A DNA stretch of 63,458 nucleotides, filler included, from Sphacelaria rigidula (taxonomy: Eukaryota): the NCBI GenBank assembly GCA_964200075.2. It is 6 parts of 6 records of this genome, joined end to end, with 100 filler letters (N's around TTAATTAATTAA, not from the genome) between each part and the next. Parts side by side here need not be neighbours in the genome. Positions count along the whole stretch, not along the records: positions 42,375 to 52,866 come from CAXNAA020006399.1; positions 52,967 to 63,458 come from CAXNAA020006400.1; 4 more parts are not named here. One strand, given 5' to 3'. A program made the translations under genes and the position numbers. The notes under the pieces are model-generated. The model saw nothing but the letters and a program-made list of their open reading frames with translations. It did no database searches and was not told the origin of the DNA. Positions 50,453 to 63,458 of this stretch are shown here, in pieces. Numbering within the stretch: the stretch's first letter is position 1; every line of letters begins with the position of its first letter.

Positions 50453-50769
50453 GCTGGGCTTTCGTGGATGCACGATAATTGTTCACACGTTTTCTTGCAA
50501 TATATAGAGCGGCTCCAGTGACCTAGGTATTTTCACCCCCTCTCTCTCCGGAGATGGATAGTTGCTACAAAAGGCGAAACTGGACGAGGATAACATATGT
50601 AACAGTCCTGATATAATGTATGGAAGAAGCGCAATGGGCACCGGCATGCTGAAGGTGTCTCTATTAGGGGTAGGAACGGTGCTCCGTCTTGAAAGGCATG
50701 CGTGGCCAACTGTCAAACGACGAAGACAAGCAACAAATGGGTCCCCCCCCCCCCTCCCTCACTATACAG

Positions 50770-52042
50770 TTGTGGAGCATGGAAATAGTAAAAAAATGGG
50801 AGTACATGTCTGCGCGGAGGACGTGAGAACCACATATCATTGCTTAATATGGACAGAAAGCCAACAGACGAGAGCTAAAAGAAATAGGCGGGGTAGGAGG
50901 TTGTACAAATAGAGAATCGATAAACTAGATATCGAAGAAAAACGGCAAGAGTTCCAAAAAGAGGTGGCCAAAAATGCTGTGAAATTTTCCGAGCTGTTGG
51001 AACGCGTAGGTACAGTTGATACCGAAATGGAAAGAAATCGGGCAGGAGCGAAGATCGTTGAAGGATGGAAGCGGATGGTCAAGAGCACAGCGAGTAAAGC
51101 CATAGGGAGGAAACTGATCGTACGCAAAAGAGCAGTAAAATGGTGGGATGAGGAAGTGGAAGAGGCTATTAGGGCAAGGAGAGAGGTCCACGCGAGATGG
51201 ATGTCGAGCAAAAGTACGGTAGGACGGGAGGAGTATAGTGAAGCTCGAAAGAAAGTAAAAAAGATCATACAGCAGAAGAAGAAGGAAGTTTGGAAAGGGG
51301 GAGTGAATGAAGCAAATTATGATTTCGTTGGCGGGATGAAACAAATGTGGGCAGGGATACAAGGGATAACGGGAAATCAGGCAGGGAAGATCGACACCAG
51401 GATAGTCACACTATAGGCACAGAACGGTAAAATGGTCAGTAGTTTGAAGGGGAAGAGAGAAGTGCTAGTCGACCACTACCGTAAACTAGGAACACCAGAA
51501 ACAACGACGGTGTTCAACATAGAACTCGAAAAAGAAATCAACGCGTGAGCAGAGACAAATGTAGAGACGTCGAAACGGGGGGGGGGATGCTCGGAAGAAT
51601 TGCATAGAGAGTTCACTAGAGATGAAATAAGGGAGTGCGTAGCTAAAGTCAAGAACAGAAAGGCAGCAGGAGCAGACGGAATAGTGAATGGATTTCCAAA
51701 ATACGGGGGAGAGGAAATGGTTATCATGATGGTTATGCTGTATACCTGGATCTGGGAAAACGAGTGCACACACATAAGGTGGAGAGAAGGAGTAGTAGTC
51801 CATCTCTTCAAAAACGGAGACAAGGCTGACCCAGGGAACTACAGAAGAATAACGCTGCTGAGCACTGTAGGGAAAACATTCTGTAAGATTCTGAACGAAA
51901 GAGTAGGAACGATGTTAGAAAATGACGAACAAATTAGCGAGGAGCAAGCAGGGTTTAGACCAAACCATAGTTGCTTAGACCATGTGTACACACAAGGTAA
52001 GATTCTTCAGGGTAGGAAAGACGCCGGGCTGATAACGTATTG
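50770..52042 (+). mobile_element. Non-LTR retrotransposon (LINE) ORF2 fragment: end of endonuclease, tether and RT N-terminus
   Basis: Motifs HCLIW, KWWDEEV, FTRDEI...KNRKAAGADGI, WREGVVVHLFKNGDKADPGNYRRITLLSTVGKTF, EEQAGFRPNHSCLDH. In-frame stops are present and the fragment ends before YADD. Confidence 0.93.
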
Positions 52043-52197
52043 TACCGTGGCACCCTGCTGTTCCAAACGCTCACAAAACTCAAGTGCAGCATCAAACCAA
52101 GCCGGCAGGAAAGGGCGTAGCACCCTCCCATGTCCCGTCCCATGTCTGCTCCCGTGCCAACGCAACAGTAGGAGCTCCCTCGTGAGGAGCAGGCTCT

Positions 52198-52725
52198 TGT
52201 AAGGGCGACTTCATTTCCATGGTTGTGTTCTCATGCGTGCCATCCATGGAACATTTATTGGTATCGTTCTCATTCGTCATATCGGGCCGTCCAAAGAAGT
52301 TATTCGAGCATTTTCACACGACCATACACGCCATATGAACGGTGTGGGCTCGCCGTAATCAGGCGTACATCGCCTATAGACAAGTGCGGGGTGATGGCCC
52401 TCTGAGATGTAATTGGCCGACTTGTGCGAACGTGATTTTAACCACCGGGACATGAGGACATACGTATGCACCTACTCAGTTTTGGATCTTGACTCCTCAA
52501 ACGCTGATATCCGGCGTGTAGACATTGAGGGACACTTGATACCTTTTCAACGTTAAAGCTCATGTTTCGGGGAAATGTTACGTCACTTGTGGCAGAAATG
52601 ATCTTCTGGTGGAATAAAGTTGCGCCATTGTACGCATGTATCGTATGCCTTGTGGCCTTATTTTTGTAGTACGGTACATGTCGCACTACTGACCACGTGG
52701 TTGTTACTGTACCTTGTACCTTACA
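52198..52725. mobile_element. Solo LTR-like insertion (528 bp)
   Basis: TGTAAGG...CCTTACA inverted termini with a perfect 4-bp TSD CTCT (52194-52197 and 52726-52729). Confidence 0.75.
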
Positions 52726-52866
52726 CTCTGTTTTTCGCTAGCGACCGCCTGCGATCGCTTGCGGGGTGAGTGTTGGGTTGGGTTTCCTTCCATCACGAAC
52801 CCCCCCCCCCCATGCTCCGTCTCGAAAGGGATGCGTGGTCAATGGTCAAATGACTAAGGCAAGCAA

Positions 52867-52966
52867 NNNNNNNNNNNNNNNNNNNNNNNNNNNNNNNNNN
52901 NNNNNNNNNNTTAATTAATTAANNNNNNNNNNNNNNNNNNNNNNNNNNNNNNNNNNNNNNNNNNNN
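52867..52966. other. Artificial contig-joining spacer
   Basis: Same 100-bp structure. Confidence 0.99.
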
Positions 52967-53326
52967 TTGGGACTCAGAAAAGACATCGGTTTTGGGCTTT
53001 GCTCGAGGTGCTCGCGAAAACGGCAAAAAAAAACGTTCACAAAGACTTGCAAATGGGAACGAGATATGTCACTTTTCCTCCAAGCGATCTTATATTTCGC
53101 CCCAGAGGAAGTATATTCGTAGTTGAAAATCTCAGCCGTAACGTACCAAAATATTCAAAGAGGCGGATCTTCTGCTGGCCACACAGTGAGAGCGATGATT
53201 GGCTCTTCACGTGTTGCAGTAACGCGCGCCATTCCTATGCAACGTGGAAGATGAAAATAGCCCACCTTCCGCAAAACTTATTTTCGCCCCCCCTCGCCCA
53301 TTCGTTTCTAATCAATGTATGTATAT

Positions 53327-56300
53327 CTAAGGCTGGATCTCGGAGATCGAGACAGGGCGCCCTTCTTTGAGAGAAAGATCGCACGCCATGGCCATCTTGA
53401 GCGCAGCAAGGCCGTCCTCTCCTGACGGGCTCACCTCACCTCCCGATTCCAAAATCTCGCAGAATGCCTGGAGAAAGCAAGGAGCACAGGTGAGGTGGCA
53501 TGATCACTGAAACCGATTTTGAGGGAGAGATTGAACCACACGCCGTTGGGCAGGCTGGTTCACGCCTACTAGCAAATGCCTTTCGAGATACCCCACCTCA
53601 AAGTCGCTGACTGATCATGCTGACTGCGATAAGCATACGAAAAAAAGTGACGACGCCGGATTTTCATTCAAGGCAGTGAAAGTGGCGCCAAAGGGCGAAA
53701 AAGTACGTCGACAGTCCAAATAATTTCGAAACTCATCACGACTCTTTAATCCCAAGTCACACCCAATCCCCATGGACTTCAAATCGTAGTGATCGCCAGC
53801 AGGTTGGGAATTCAACAGAGGAACATACCTGAAAACCCAACGATAACGCTCTGCACAATGAACACAAAATTGCCGATTGCTTCAGTGATAGACCCGGGAG
53901 AAAACCGAGGGAGATACATACTGTCGAATGCATTGGATGATGAAACACATATTTCAAGGGACAATAAATTTTGCAAGAGTCGATCAACACTATATGCCAA
54001 CTACAAAATGGATAAAACTGACCATAGAGGGACATCGTATATCACGGTAGATTGTGGGATGTAGTTGTCGATAGCCATTACCGTTATCTCAAGATTTGGT
54101 GAACGGTGTATCGGTAGTCACTACCGAAATCAGTGGATTTGGTGAGCCATGTATCGATAGCAATTCCTGTCATCGTCAGATTTGGTGAAGAATCTATCGA
54201 CAGCCTCTACTGCCGACAATGGATTTACGGTATGGATCAATGGTCATTGCGGTCCACAATCGATTGTTTTGGGGGTATCTATCGATAGTCGGTAACGCCA
54301 GTTACATATTTTGATGAATACATCAGGTTTGCTGTTCTCGGGTACGTCTGTCATGCGACCACGGCTCGACCCATGGGTGATCGGTTAAAGAGCGACGATC
54401 ACGTAGAGTATTGCAATGTCGGTGTGGCAACAGGCGATACGGATTACCTGTCGGTAGGCATCTCAAAACACAGGAGATCATGGTTGTATCTTTTGATAAT
54501 CATCAATAGACTTGGTCACTTTTAATAGCCATCATCGTCATCAATAGATTCGACAGGCTATCGATAGCCACAGACGACATCAGTAGATTTGGAAAGCTGT
54601 CGATTGATATTTTTATATTCGGTCGGCCGCAAGAATTTCAGGTGTAGGGCTACAAAAGGGTGCTGCACGGGCTTTACTGCGGGAAAGGGGTCTATTGATA
54701 GACATTGCTGACAATGCAAGGAGACACTTGTTGGTCGATAGCCGTTACGGACGATAATATTGGCATCTACTGCGGCAGATCTCGTTGTTATTGCAATATA
54801 TGTCTTCTGTCCAGTATGTCTCATGTACTGATGCTCGAAATGGAGAAGATATATTTTTGCCAAAACCATCAAGGTCGTCGGCTTTTTACCGGCTTCCAAC
54901 GGTCTTCACGCTGGTACTTCCGGAATGCGCTACAGAATGCCTCGATAAAAATCAACACTGCATCCGGGGTGGCCCGAGGAACATGTTCAAAGTTTGGTTG
55001 CGGAATTCGAAAATCTCACAATTGCCGTAACGTACCCGAAAGAATACGGTTCACTTTAAATTCAAGCTTCATCCATAAAACCCGAGCGCCAAACTTCCCG
55101 CCATTTTGAGGAATCAGACCGTAAAGTTCCATAAACACGTACTGTGGGTCATTACAAACTCCCGATGGAGGTTTTTTTAACTCCGTGTTTTTCACCGGTT
55201 TTAGGGAGTTTCACGGCGTCTGAGATCCCCGAGAACTGGTGAGACATTCAGAAGTGAAACAAGAAATCATCCGTCGAAGTCGTGCGATGACTCACGGCAA
55301 AATTGTGCAAAATTCAGGGTGCAACTCATTGAAACCGAGTCAGGTTTTGCGCATGGCTGTTTTCAATTCAATATGAACCAGCCTGTGGAGCGGTCAAGGT
55401 TGGCACTGGCTGACATCGCAGCACTGATCTGCACACGCTCATGTTGAATTCAGGAACAAGTTTGTGGAAGTAACACTCAACATCACGACCGCGAGGGTTG
55501 TCCATCTATATCATGCTCACTTTTTTCGAGAGAAATTGATACCGGTTCAACAGATGGCCTTCTTCCGCATTCCAAGGGTCAACTTTTTTGCTACTGGCGA
55601 TGGAATATTGCTGATTTCCAGGTGCTGTTTCATGAGCGACACATGTATGGTCGATTGTGTGCAGCTTCCACGCCGTACTACTTTGCTCAAGGCGTGTTCA
55701 TCAGACCCGCCCCAACTGGCGAAATGTCGTGTTCATACCGCACCCTCTTCATCCCTCCACATGTGATGGGGGAATTTCCGTGTGCTCGGCCATACTCCGT
55801 TGCTTCCGTGACGTGGCTTCGTACGATGGCCAAGTGTTGGGCGGGTACGGTCCCCGAGCTCCAGCACATCACTCCGGTGCGGTGCGTCACCGTTTTATAA
55901 ACGTGCCCCCCATGCAGCACGGGACTGCATACATACAAAATATGCAGGTGTCGCTGATTTTTGCTCTCTGAAATTCACAGGCCGCGGTTCTGATTTTGCT
56001 GTGCACAGAGTTGAACACACTTGATCCGTTGCGTCTCATCACTGGATACAACTATTCCAACCGCACCCGGGCGACATTTTTTTTGGTGCGGGCATGAATC
56101 ATGTCGGGTTCTACTGTGACCTTCCGCCGTAAAAATGGTCGTGTCAGTATTTCTTTTCCCATATCTTCTCTTTTGTCAGCGCTTGAATTAATGAGGCGTC
56201 TGGACGATGGGTTAGAGTCGATGCTGGTTCCGACTCCGGTCAGCAGCTTTCGTTTGACAATTTACGCGTCCAACGATTTCAATCTGACGGTCGGACACAG

Positions 56301-59300
56301 TGAACAAGTCATACGAGTCACAAGACGGAACACAGCCATTCTGTGTACCACGGTGCAGTATTACATGCGCACCGCGGCGCAAGAGAGGAAGGACTGTTCA
56401 GCAGACTGCCGATAGGCTGGGCCCGCTCAAGAAGCTCCTTGCTCGTCCCAACCAGCGATGTATCGCGAGTTATGCCTACTACGAAACATCGTGGTAATCG
56501 GCAAATCTGCGCGCGTGTTCAAATCCATGTAGCACCGCGATCCGACAAGGTCTGATCAAACGTAATACCAAACTGTGGTCTAGTGCGAAAGTGTTGGAAG
56601 TTGAGGGTACCGTGTGCGGCAGAATCAGCCAAGAGAAAACGGCTGAAATTGAATTTTCGGTTACAATCTGTTGTGCCACGTGGTGTCGCACAAGCTGCGA
56701 TCGTACAACAACACTAGTCGCACTACGCAGGCAGTATCAAAGATAACACGCAGACGAGGCCCCCAGCGCGCCAAAGCGTCTGCTGGTGGTGTGCGAACCA
56801 ACGCGCAGTTTGTGAAGACCTCCGAGCCGAAAGAAGAATACAAGTCGAAGGCGAACTTCCGGCTGAGGTTTCATCTTCAATTAGGAACCAGATTTCGAGA
56901 GACTGACGCAATTCACGAACTCATTTCGGCGTATGAGCGAACATCTCTTCGTTCCTCTCGTGTTTTTCTTGGTGCGTTTTTGGCGTCGGAACATTATGAG
57001 ACTGTTTTTTTTCGGAAGGGGGGGGGTAAACAGGGGTCTTCGCACATGCGTCCTCTACATGGTGTCAAAATTTCGTCGAAACCAACTTAAATTTGAAGAG
57101 CAGAAGTGCGTTTGAATCATTCGTGTCTGGTCCATCTCCATATTTCCACAGAGACCGGTTTACAACAGAATGACACCATGTACCGGAAGAATGAAAGAAT
57201 GACACAATGTACAGGAAGTATATGCAAAGAACCCCGAATTTCTCCCTCCTCTTGTTTCTTCTTGGGTTCTCGCGATCTTGTTCCGACAACTGTTCTAAAA
57301 TGTCCCGTCGCCAATAATTCACATGAAAAAAGACAGGGGGTGATATTGGGGTTCGAGAGTTGGCCTACAAACACCGATGAATGTTATTTCCCGATCTTTC
57401 CGAGGTTGTGTTGTGTAAGGTGCGGGTACGTTTTGTAGGGTATGAGATTCCGTACAGAATTTACAAAACTGTCGGCTACCGGTATGAAAGTGTTACAGAC
57501 TTTACAGAACTTGTCGGGTACGGTACGGGAGGCTTACAGAAAACCGGTCCCGGCAATCGATCAACTATTTTCGGTTATACCCCCGCCCTTCGGGTTCGGG
57601 TAAATGTTTTGTACAGAACTTACAGAACTATCGGTTAAGGGTATGGAAGTCTTACAGAGATTAAGAAACTGTCGGGTACCGGTATGAAAGTCTTACAGGA
57701 ATCACAGAACTGTCGGGTACGATACATACCCGGAAAAATACCCCGGGTAAACAGAAACCCGTGCCTTACAGAACACAACCTTGGATCTTACCGACCGGGC
57801 GCGGGTCTATCTCTCCTGCACTTTCTCGAAAATATAGTAGTGAAAAAAACGCGAAAACGAAAATCATTAACAGTAACTGAACAACGGGACAACGATACGA
57901 GCTTGTCAGCGCGAAGGCGTTCGGAACCGAAAAAGTGATCGATTCTCTTTTTCGTCCTAGCGTCGGAACTCACAAGGAAACAGAGGAAGCAATAATCCAC
58001 CGTTTACCACAGTGAACTCCATCCTTCGGGTACACGTCTCACACCTCCATCATGTGTCACCATGGCTTAATTCGTTTCGGATCACTCACCAACACCATGG
58101 CTTGATTCGTTTCGGATCACTCCATGTGCAACTATCAAGCATCCAAGGGTCGTAAAAATGAATGCTTCGTATGAAAACTACTGCTCACATTTGTTTTCGG
58201 CGTCGCAAAACGGGTACGCGAAGCCCAGGCATGCTAAAAGGCGCAAAAGTTGCGTGGGAGCCGTCTCGACCATCGGTCGACTTCACTCTTTCTTCAAGGT
58301 GATCAGGGCTGAAAAAACGTGGATTTGGTTATTCGAACCATAGATGACTCGTCTGAACCGTGTCATCATCATTCTGGCTGTCCCACCGGGTTCAAGCCAT
58401 TTCACCGATTTTCGCTCACCCTTGTTTCGTTCTTGTAGGCATCGGCGTAACGGGTCATGAAGAAGTTGTGCGGCAGGTCAGCCTGCTGCACCGCTGTCCC
58501 ATTCCACTTTTGCACAGCGCTAGGGAAGTGGTTTTCGTGCTTGACGAGTCCCTCAGTTCCGAAGAACTCCACCCTCTGGTCGTACCCGTAGGTCGCTCGC
58601 CGGCACACCTGTGCATCACGTCATCGTGAGAAGCGTTGTAAATCACATGAGTTCGTTCATCAGACTCCGTACCAATTTGACATCAAGACCCTCGGGATGA
58701 AAAAAAAATGTGTTCTACACGCACCCAACACAAAATGAGTGGAAAAACATATGCAACTTGTGAAACTACCATGTACCAGGCACACAAGGACGGGCACACC
58801 TCATTACCTGGTAGTCTACAACCCTGTTCGATCTGCGCTACACTTCATGGGACAGGACCATTTGAACGCAGCAAGATTGCTGGAGGCAACAAAATGTGTT
58901 TACAGTTCGACCACGTACGAAACATCGATCGAGGGTGGGTGGGTAGGGTATATCCGATGTTTGAGTACGTTTTTTCGAAAAGTTCTACTCTTGGTACTCA
59001 AAGTAGTGGGTACAATATGAAGATTGTACCCATGTCATCCAAAAGTTGGGTACAGTATCAAAGTTATACCGAAGTGGTAACATACACCCCTGTGTTGCCG
59101 AGAACCTACCCAGTGTTGGAGTGTTGATATACCCGACTTCAGCCAAAAGTCGGCCAGAGTATTCGAGACCGTGCTCAATCCATCCCAAACTTGGGGACAG
59201 TAAATACCCAGGTATGATGACCCGGATACTCAGAATTCGACTAATTCGACGAGGGAAAGGGACCGCCGAAGTCCTCTCGCGATGATGACGAAAAGTAAGC

Positions 59301-61749
59301 ACCGCAGGAGAAAGGCGGGAAACTAAAACAAACAAAAAATAGTTCTGTGTTGACATTTCTCCCGTGTGACCCCGGCTGGTGCACACTCATATACTGAAAG
59401 GTGAAGAGCGGCGTCCAGAATGAAGGGGACGACATCACATTCAAAAGTGCATATCCTGCGTGACGCACCCTTGAAGTCAACGGTATACCTGGATCGTGGC
59501 GGTGGAGCCGCTCTCGAACTCGACCAATATGTTCGCGGTGTCGATGGCCTCCGATGGGTTGGAGTCCTTCAACGCCTCGATAGATTTGTCCACGTTGCAC
59601 GCTCCCGTAGCGTACACCTTCACCGGCTCGTTCGTCCCGCAAGACCCCATGAGCCAGCGCGCGATGTCCAGGTCGTGGATGGCTGAATTCATTTTCATTT
59701 CAACCGCCGTCGCGGCGATTTTCGGAGTAGCGACATTTTTCCATCAATACTTAGTTCAGTAGATACACATGGCGGCGGAATCTACTGGGTTTTACAAATC
59801 TACAAAATCGAGAACAATCCCACGTTGACAATTTGCATGGCTTCGATGGACGCCGCAAAAAAACGACGGCGAAACTGTACAGCGCGAAGATGCAAAAAAA
59901 AAGTTGAAACACAGTGAGGAAAAGTGTCTCCGACACCATGGGTAACAAATTGTGGACGAAGTTCCATCGTACGTGATATTCTACCCTCACCTCTCAAAAT
60001 AAACGCATGACCATTGGGACAAAATGAAAACATGATAAAAAGAGGATGAGACGAACGAGGCAGGGGTGAAAAACGGGATCTTCTCCGCTCTCCTTCCTCC
60101 TGCTCATGCAACAAGATATTCACATGCGCATCCAAATGCGCCCGGCACTCACCCATGTCCTTGAACAGCCCTCCACCGCCCTTGACGTAGTCGAACGGTG
60201 GGGCTGCGGGATCCCTCGACTGCAATACAGCCGACACAGGGGATCCCACCTCTCCCGCCTTGATCATGGACTGCAGGCGGCTGAACGAGGGGTCAAAGCG
60301 CCTCTGGAACGCGGTCATGAGCTTGACGCCGCAGTCCTTGGCCACCTGATGGAGTTGTTTTCGGTTCGTTTGTTCAGGCGCTTCGATAGTCGCTCCATGC
60401 TCTTTACTGTGAGATAATGTTGATTCATGCTTTTTATTTTCCAGTATTGCACGGTGGCTTAATGGACCGCTATATCGTTGATCGCCAACATCACTTCCAT
60501 CTTCTTGCCAGTGCAATACTTTGTATACTGCTCACGAGTGAAATAAAGTACAGCCAAGCTCAAGGTGTTCAGCGTAGATGGAAACGCCGAGATTTATCCA
60601 TACACGTCGAATATGTGCGAGTGTGAGGCACGGCATGCACGGACATGTTCAACACAGAGCGTAAAATTCTGCGGGGCCAAAAATGCACTGAGTGGTTTCA
60701 GATTTGCGCGTTTTCTTCCGGCCACCAGGTTTCTGTCGTTGTTGGAAAGTGGTTGTCGTTCAGCGATCGCCCAACGCCATAACAGGACAACCCTGTGCGA
60801 TTTACAGCCTCCACTTGCTGGAAACGGCAACTGTTTTGCATGTACTGCGAGAGGCAGATGCTGGCTCCGTTTGCCCCACATCCCCATAATCTCAGCGCAT
60901 GATTGTCCTCTACCGCACGCCGTACCGCTCGATCGCCTCATGTGTGAGGTTGAGTTTGGCCTACTGCAGGCAAGATGCCATCAATGTATATTTGAATGAG
61001 GTGTCTCTCCTTCTTTGTTGTGGCTTGACGTGCTCCGCAATGATCCGCTCGCCGAGTGAAACGGGTTTGCTCTTCACGTGCTTCTCATAAACTTCATCCA
61101 TTGTGTATGTGCGAACGATGTTGCGAAACATGTTGGCGCCATTCGCCCTCCAGATGAGAACTCACCTGAACAGCCTCGATGGTCCCCGCGAGGTCAGTGG
61201 CGATAGGCTTCTCGCAGAAAATGTGCTTCCCCGCCTTGGCCGAGTTCTTGATCTGATCGGCGTGGAACTGCGACGGTGAGCACACCCATACAGCTTGCAC
61301 GTCCGGGTGGTTGATGACTTCGTTCCCCTGCACAGTTGAAGACAGACACCGACACCGACACCGACACGTACGAAGCATCCATCAATGGAGCACGTGAGGT
61401 GAAATATTTAAAACCAGGTATTCCAGGAGCGGCTGAGGAATTTCCGTGAGGTATGTCGACGAGAGTATGCATGTCAGAGACGCCAACCTTGAGATAGAAA
61501 AGGTGCACTGATGATCTTGCATGCCGCTGTCATGAAGGAATGGGAGGCGGGGTAGGATCCCGTCATCTGCAGCTACAGCCCCAACACAACCTCGACTCAC
61601 GTCCATAGTGTAGTTAGGGACGCCGTACTTCTCGGTCACCATCTTGAGCACGGGCTCCACCACATCTGAGATAATGACGGGGGTTACGCCGGGCACGCTA
61701 GCCAGGGTGTCGAGGTGCACCTGTCCGATGCGCCCGGCACCGATGATCC
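53327..61749 (-). CDS. iolG: myo-inositol 2-dehydrogenase-like oxidoreductase (Gfo/Idh/MocA family), 5'-partial; complement(join(53327..53467,58420..58608,59489..59682,60153..60345,61166..61327,61601..61749))
   Basis: Six exons with GT-AG borders and compatible phases give ~342 aa without internal stops. Motifs: GIIGAGRIGQVH (Rossmann fold), KHIFCEKPIA, AFQRRFDP, SRDP, GGLFKDMAIHDLD (catalytic D-x-x-x-H), YGYDQRVEFFG, FFMTRYADAY, and C-terminal GEDGLAALKMAMACDLSLKEGRPV...QP-TAG. The start exon was not found. Confidence 0.93.
54068..54780. repeat. Degenerate ~43-bp minisatellite (intronic)
   Basis: ATCGATAGC...GATTTGGTGA units start at ~54068, 54110, 54153, 54196, 54236 and 54281, and resume at ~54520-54780. 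Confidence 0.75.
57401..57783. mobile_element. Non-autonomous hAT element (MITE) in the last intron of the inositol dehydrogenase gene
   Basis: ~27-bp TIR CGAGGTTGTGTTGTGTAAGG / CCTTACAGAACACAACCTTG; 8-bp TSD GATCTTTC/GATCTTAC; internal ~40-bp ACAGAACT..GTCGGGTACCGGTATG repeats. Confidence 0.85.
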
Positions 61750-63458
61750 CTAGCCATCGTGAAGGGGAAAAAAGGAACACAGCAAATCATCTGGGTAAAT
61801 ATTCAGTGTATTATTGTGTTCTTGGGTATAAGCACAGACGTACGTCAGTTATTCTTCCACAAATAGCAGCACAAGACGAACTAACAAACCAACACGGCGG
61901 TGAAGTCTTTTAACTAGATCCCCGAACGTGTTGCAGAAGGGTCCATGGTTCAGAGTTCAATTACTTGACACCGGCAATTTCTGTAGTCCTTCTCGTTAGC
62001 GGGAAGAATAATATTGTACATGTTCTCCACGGAGTTTGTATAGCCATTGATCGCCCTCAATGCGCGCAGACTACGTTATTCCTATCTCTGCTGGTTACGC
62101 ATGGCAGCGGCGTGTGGCAATTTTGACAGGGGAAGGAGGCAAGCAGATCACAAGTCATAAAAAAGCGATCAGTATTTTCATTTTCCGTGTGTTGGAACAA
62201 TCTAGTAGTAGTGGTCGCCACAGTCTGCGTAAGATTGTCCATTACAATTCCACCTGTACAGGAACATAGTGGACTCAGCGACCAATCCCAACTATGGGCG
62301 GGGTCACACTCCCCTGGACATGCTGCATGACCTAAAACAGCTTGTACGCATGAATGGTTCATCTGATCAACACTTTTGGAACCGACCCCTCACCAACTCA
62401 GGGTTGACCTCGTGCTAGTGACAATAAAAACCAAGACTCCAAGAGACCTGCACAATCAGGGCGAGGCGAAAATTATCGACCAGACCCAAACGACCAGCTC
62501 GGGAAATTGTTGACAAGTGTGATGCCCTATCCCTGGTCCAGATAAGCCTTCCCAGGTTTCCAAGTGCAGGACGGTCGGAACTTGGTTTCACGGTACCAAC
62601 TGCTCTCAGTAACGCGTTCCCGAGTCCGGAGGGTGTCTTGGGTCACAATTCAATACTAAAACGTAGTAATTGCACCAACACAGGGTGGAGCGGATAAAAC
62701 CGAGAAGGATTATACATGCCACAATGTGGTCATTTTCACGAGGCACCAAAAACCAAGTGGGCTGTGCAGAGACAAAAGGAGCTGCCGCCTTGAGTTTTGC
62801 TCTTCCCTTTGCCAGTGACTTGTAGTGTGCAGTAACAACTGTGTAGTGGATAGGGGTGAACAAGCTGTATATAGGGAGTTGATTTCGGAAGCTGAGAATT
62901 GCCCGGAACATATGCGTGAGAATGCTGCTGCAGCTGCGACGGTGATCGGGGAGGCGTACTGCACTGTGCTGTACTATACTGTATGCATGCACGCCGCAAC
63001 GCTGATACCCTCCGAAGAGAATTCGCCGCATGCAACGAGGGGGGAAATTGCGGCCCACCCCGACCACAAAGGGCTGTGTGGCAAGGTGATGGGAACAAAC
63101 GTATCATCCAAAGCCACACGTGGCCGGCGGCCCGCCGGTCGCCGCATCCTGTTGGAAGCTCTCTACGGCGACCCATACTGCTTCCTACATTACCTAGACA
63201 CCACCTAATGCGCACCCTGCACCTGAGAGTACTTTCGGTCTCCGCCATAACCCCTGCGGTCATATCCGCGGATTTTCACACGAAACTCTCTGGTTCGTGC
63301 AGACGCCAGACCCATACACGGGGATGATTTTGTATTGAGTTACATTACTGCGCGAAGGGCGATTGTGGCACAGTGTTCCATACGTCGGACGAGCACGAGT
63401 GTCACTCGTGGCACTCGCGCTCGTTGAACTGAAAATTAAACAAAAAATTAATAGGGCG

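Noticed and set aside
52041..52725. LTR starting at TGTACC 52041
   Set aside because: No TSD; the 52198 start gives both a 7-bp inverted terminus and a CTCT TSD.
54068..54330. CRISPR-like repeat-spacer array
   Set aside because: The 43-bp period is too short, the repeats are degenerate, the intervening parts are mutually related, it lies in a eukaryotic intron, and no cas genes are present.
63050..63080. QPFVVGVG as the missing upstream exon of the inositol dehydrogenase
   Set aside because: It would need a poor G|GCCGCA donor and has no in-frame ATG; likely coincidence.

Overview
Eukaryotic, repeat-rich DNA; a brown alga/stramenopile origin is inferred from the intron-rich genes and transposon types, not proven. 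The window is not contiguous. It is six unrelated contigs of 10494, 10494, 10493, 10493, 10492 and 10492 bp joined by artificial 100-bp spacers (44N-TTAATTAATTAA-44N), so nothing can be inferred across the spacers. Three partial intron-containing host genes were reconstructed by hand, and the ORF track shows them only in pieces or misses them: a 6-exon myo-inositol 2-dehydrogenase (Gfo/Idh/MocA, minus, 53327-61749), 4-5 exons of the ribosome-maturation GTPase EFL1/Ria1 (plus, 43347-47981), and 2 exons of a probable sulfotransferase with a GC donor (minus, 6540-7901). The rest is mostly transposon-derived. It includes a decayed Ty1/copia element fused tail-to-tail with a decayed Ty3/gypsy element lacking RNase H, a LINE RT fragment, LTRs, several microsatellite-tailed non-LTR 3' ends, tRNA-derived SINE heads, hAT MITEs with 8-bp TSDs, 98-bp piggyBac MITEs, Ginger-like TGT...ACA MITEs, a 1.9-kb foldback element and weak transposase relics. 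No CRISPR, rRNA or intact novel multi-gene system is supportable. The best leads for something undescribed are a palindromic array whose inverted ends are tRNA-like (11322-11825), a GACCACG motif shared by four retroposon-tail families, and a tandem zinc-finger-like repeat.
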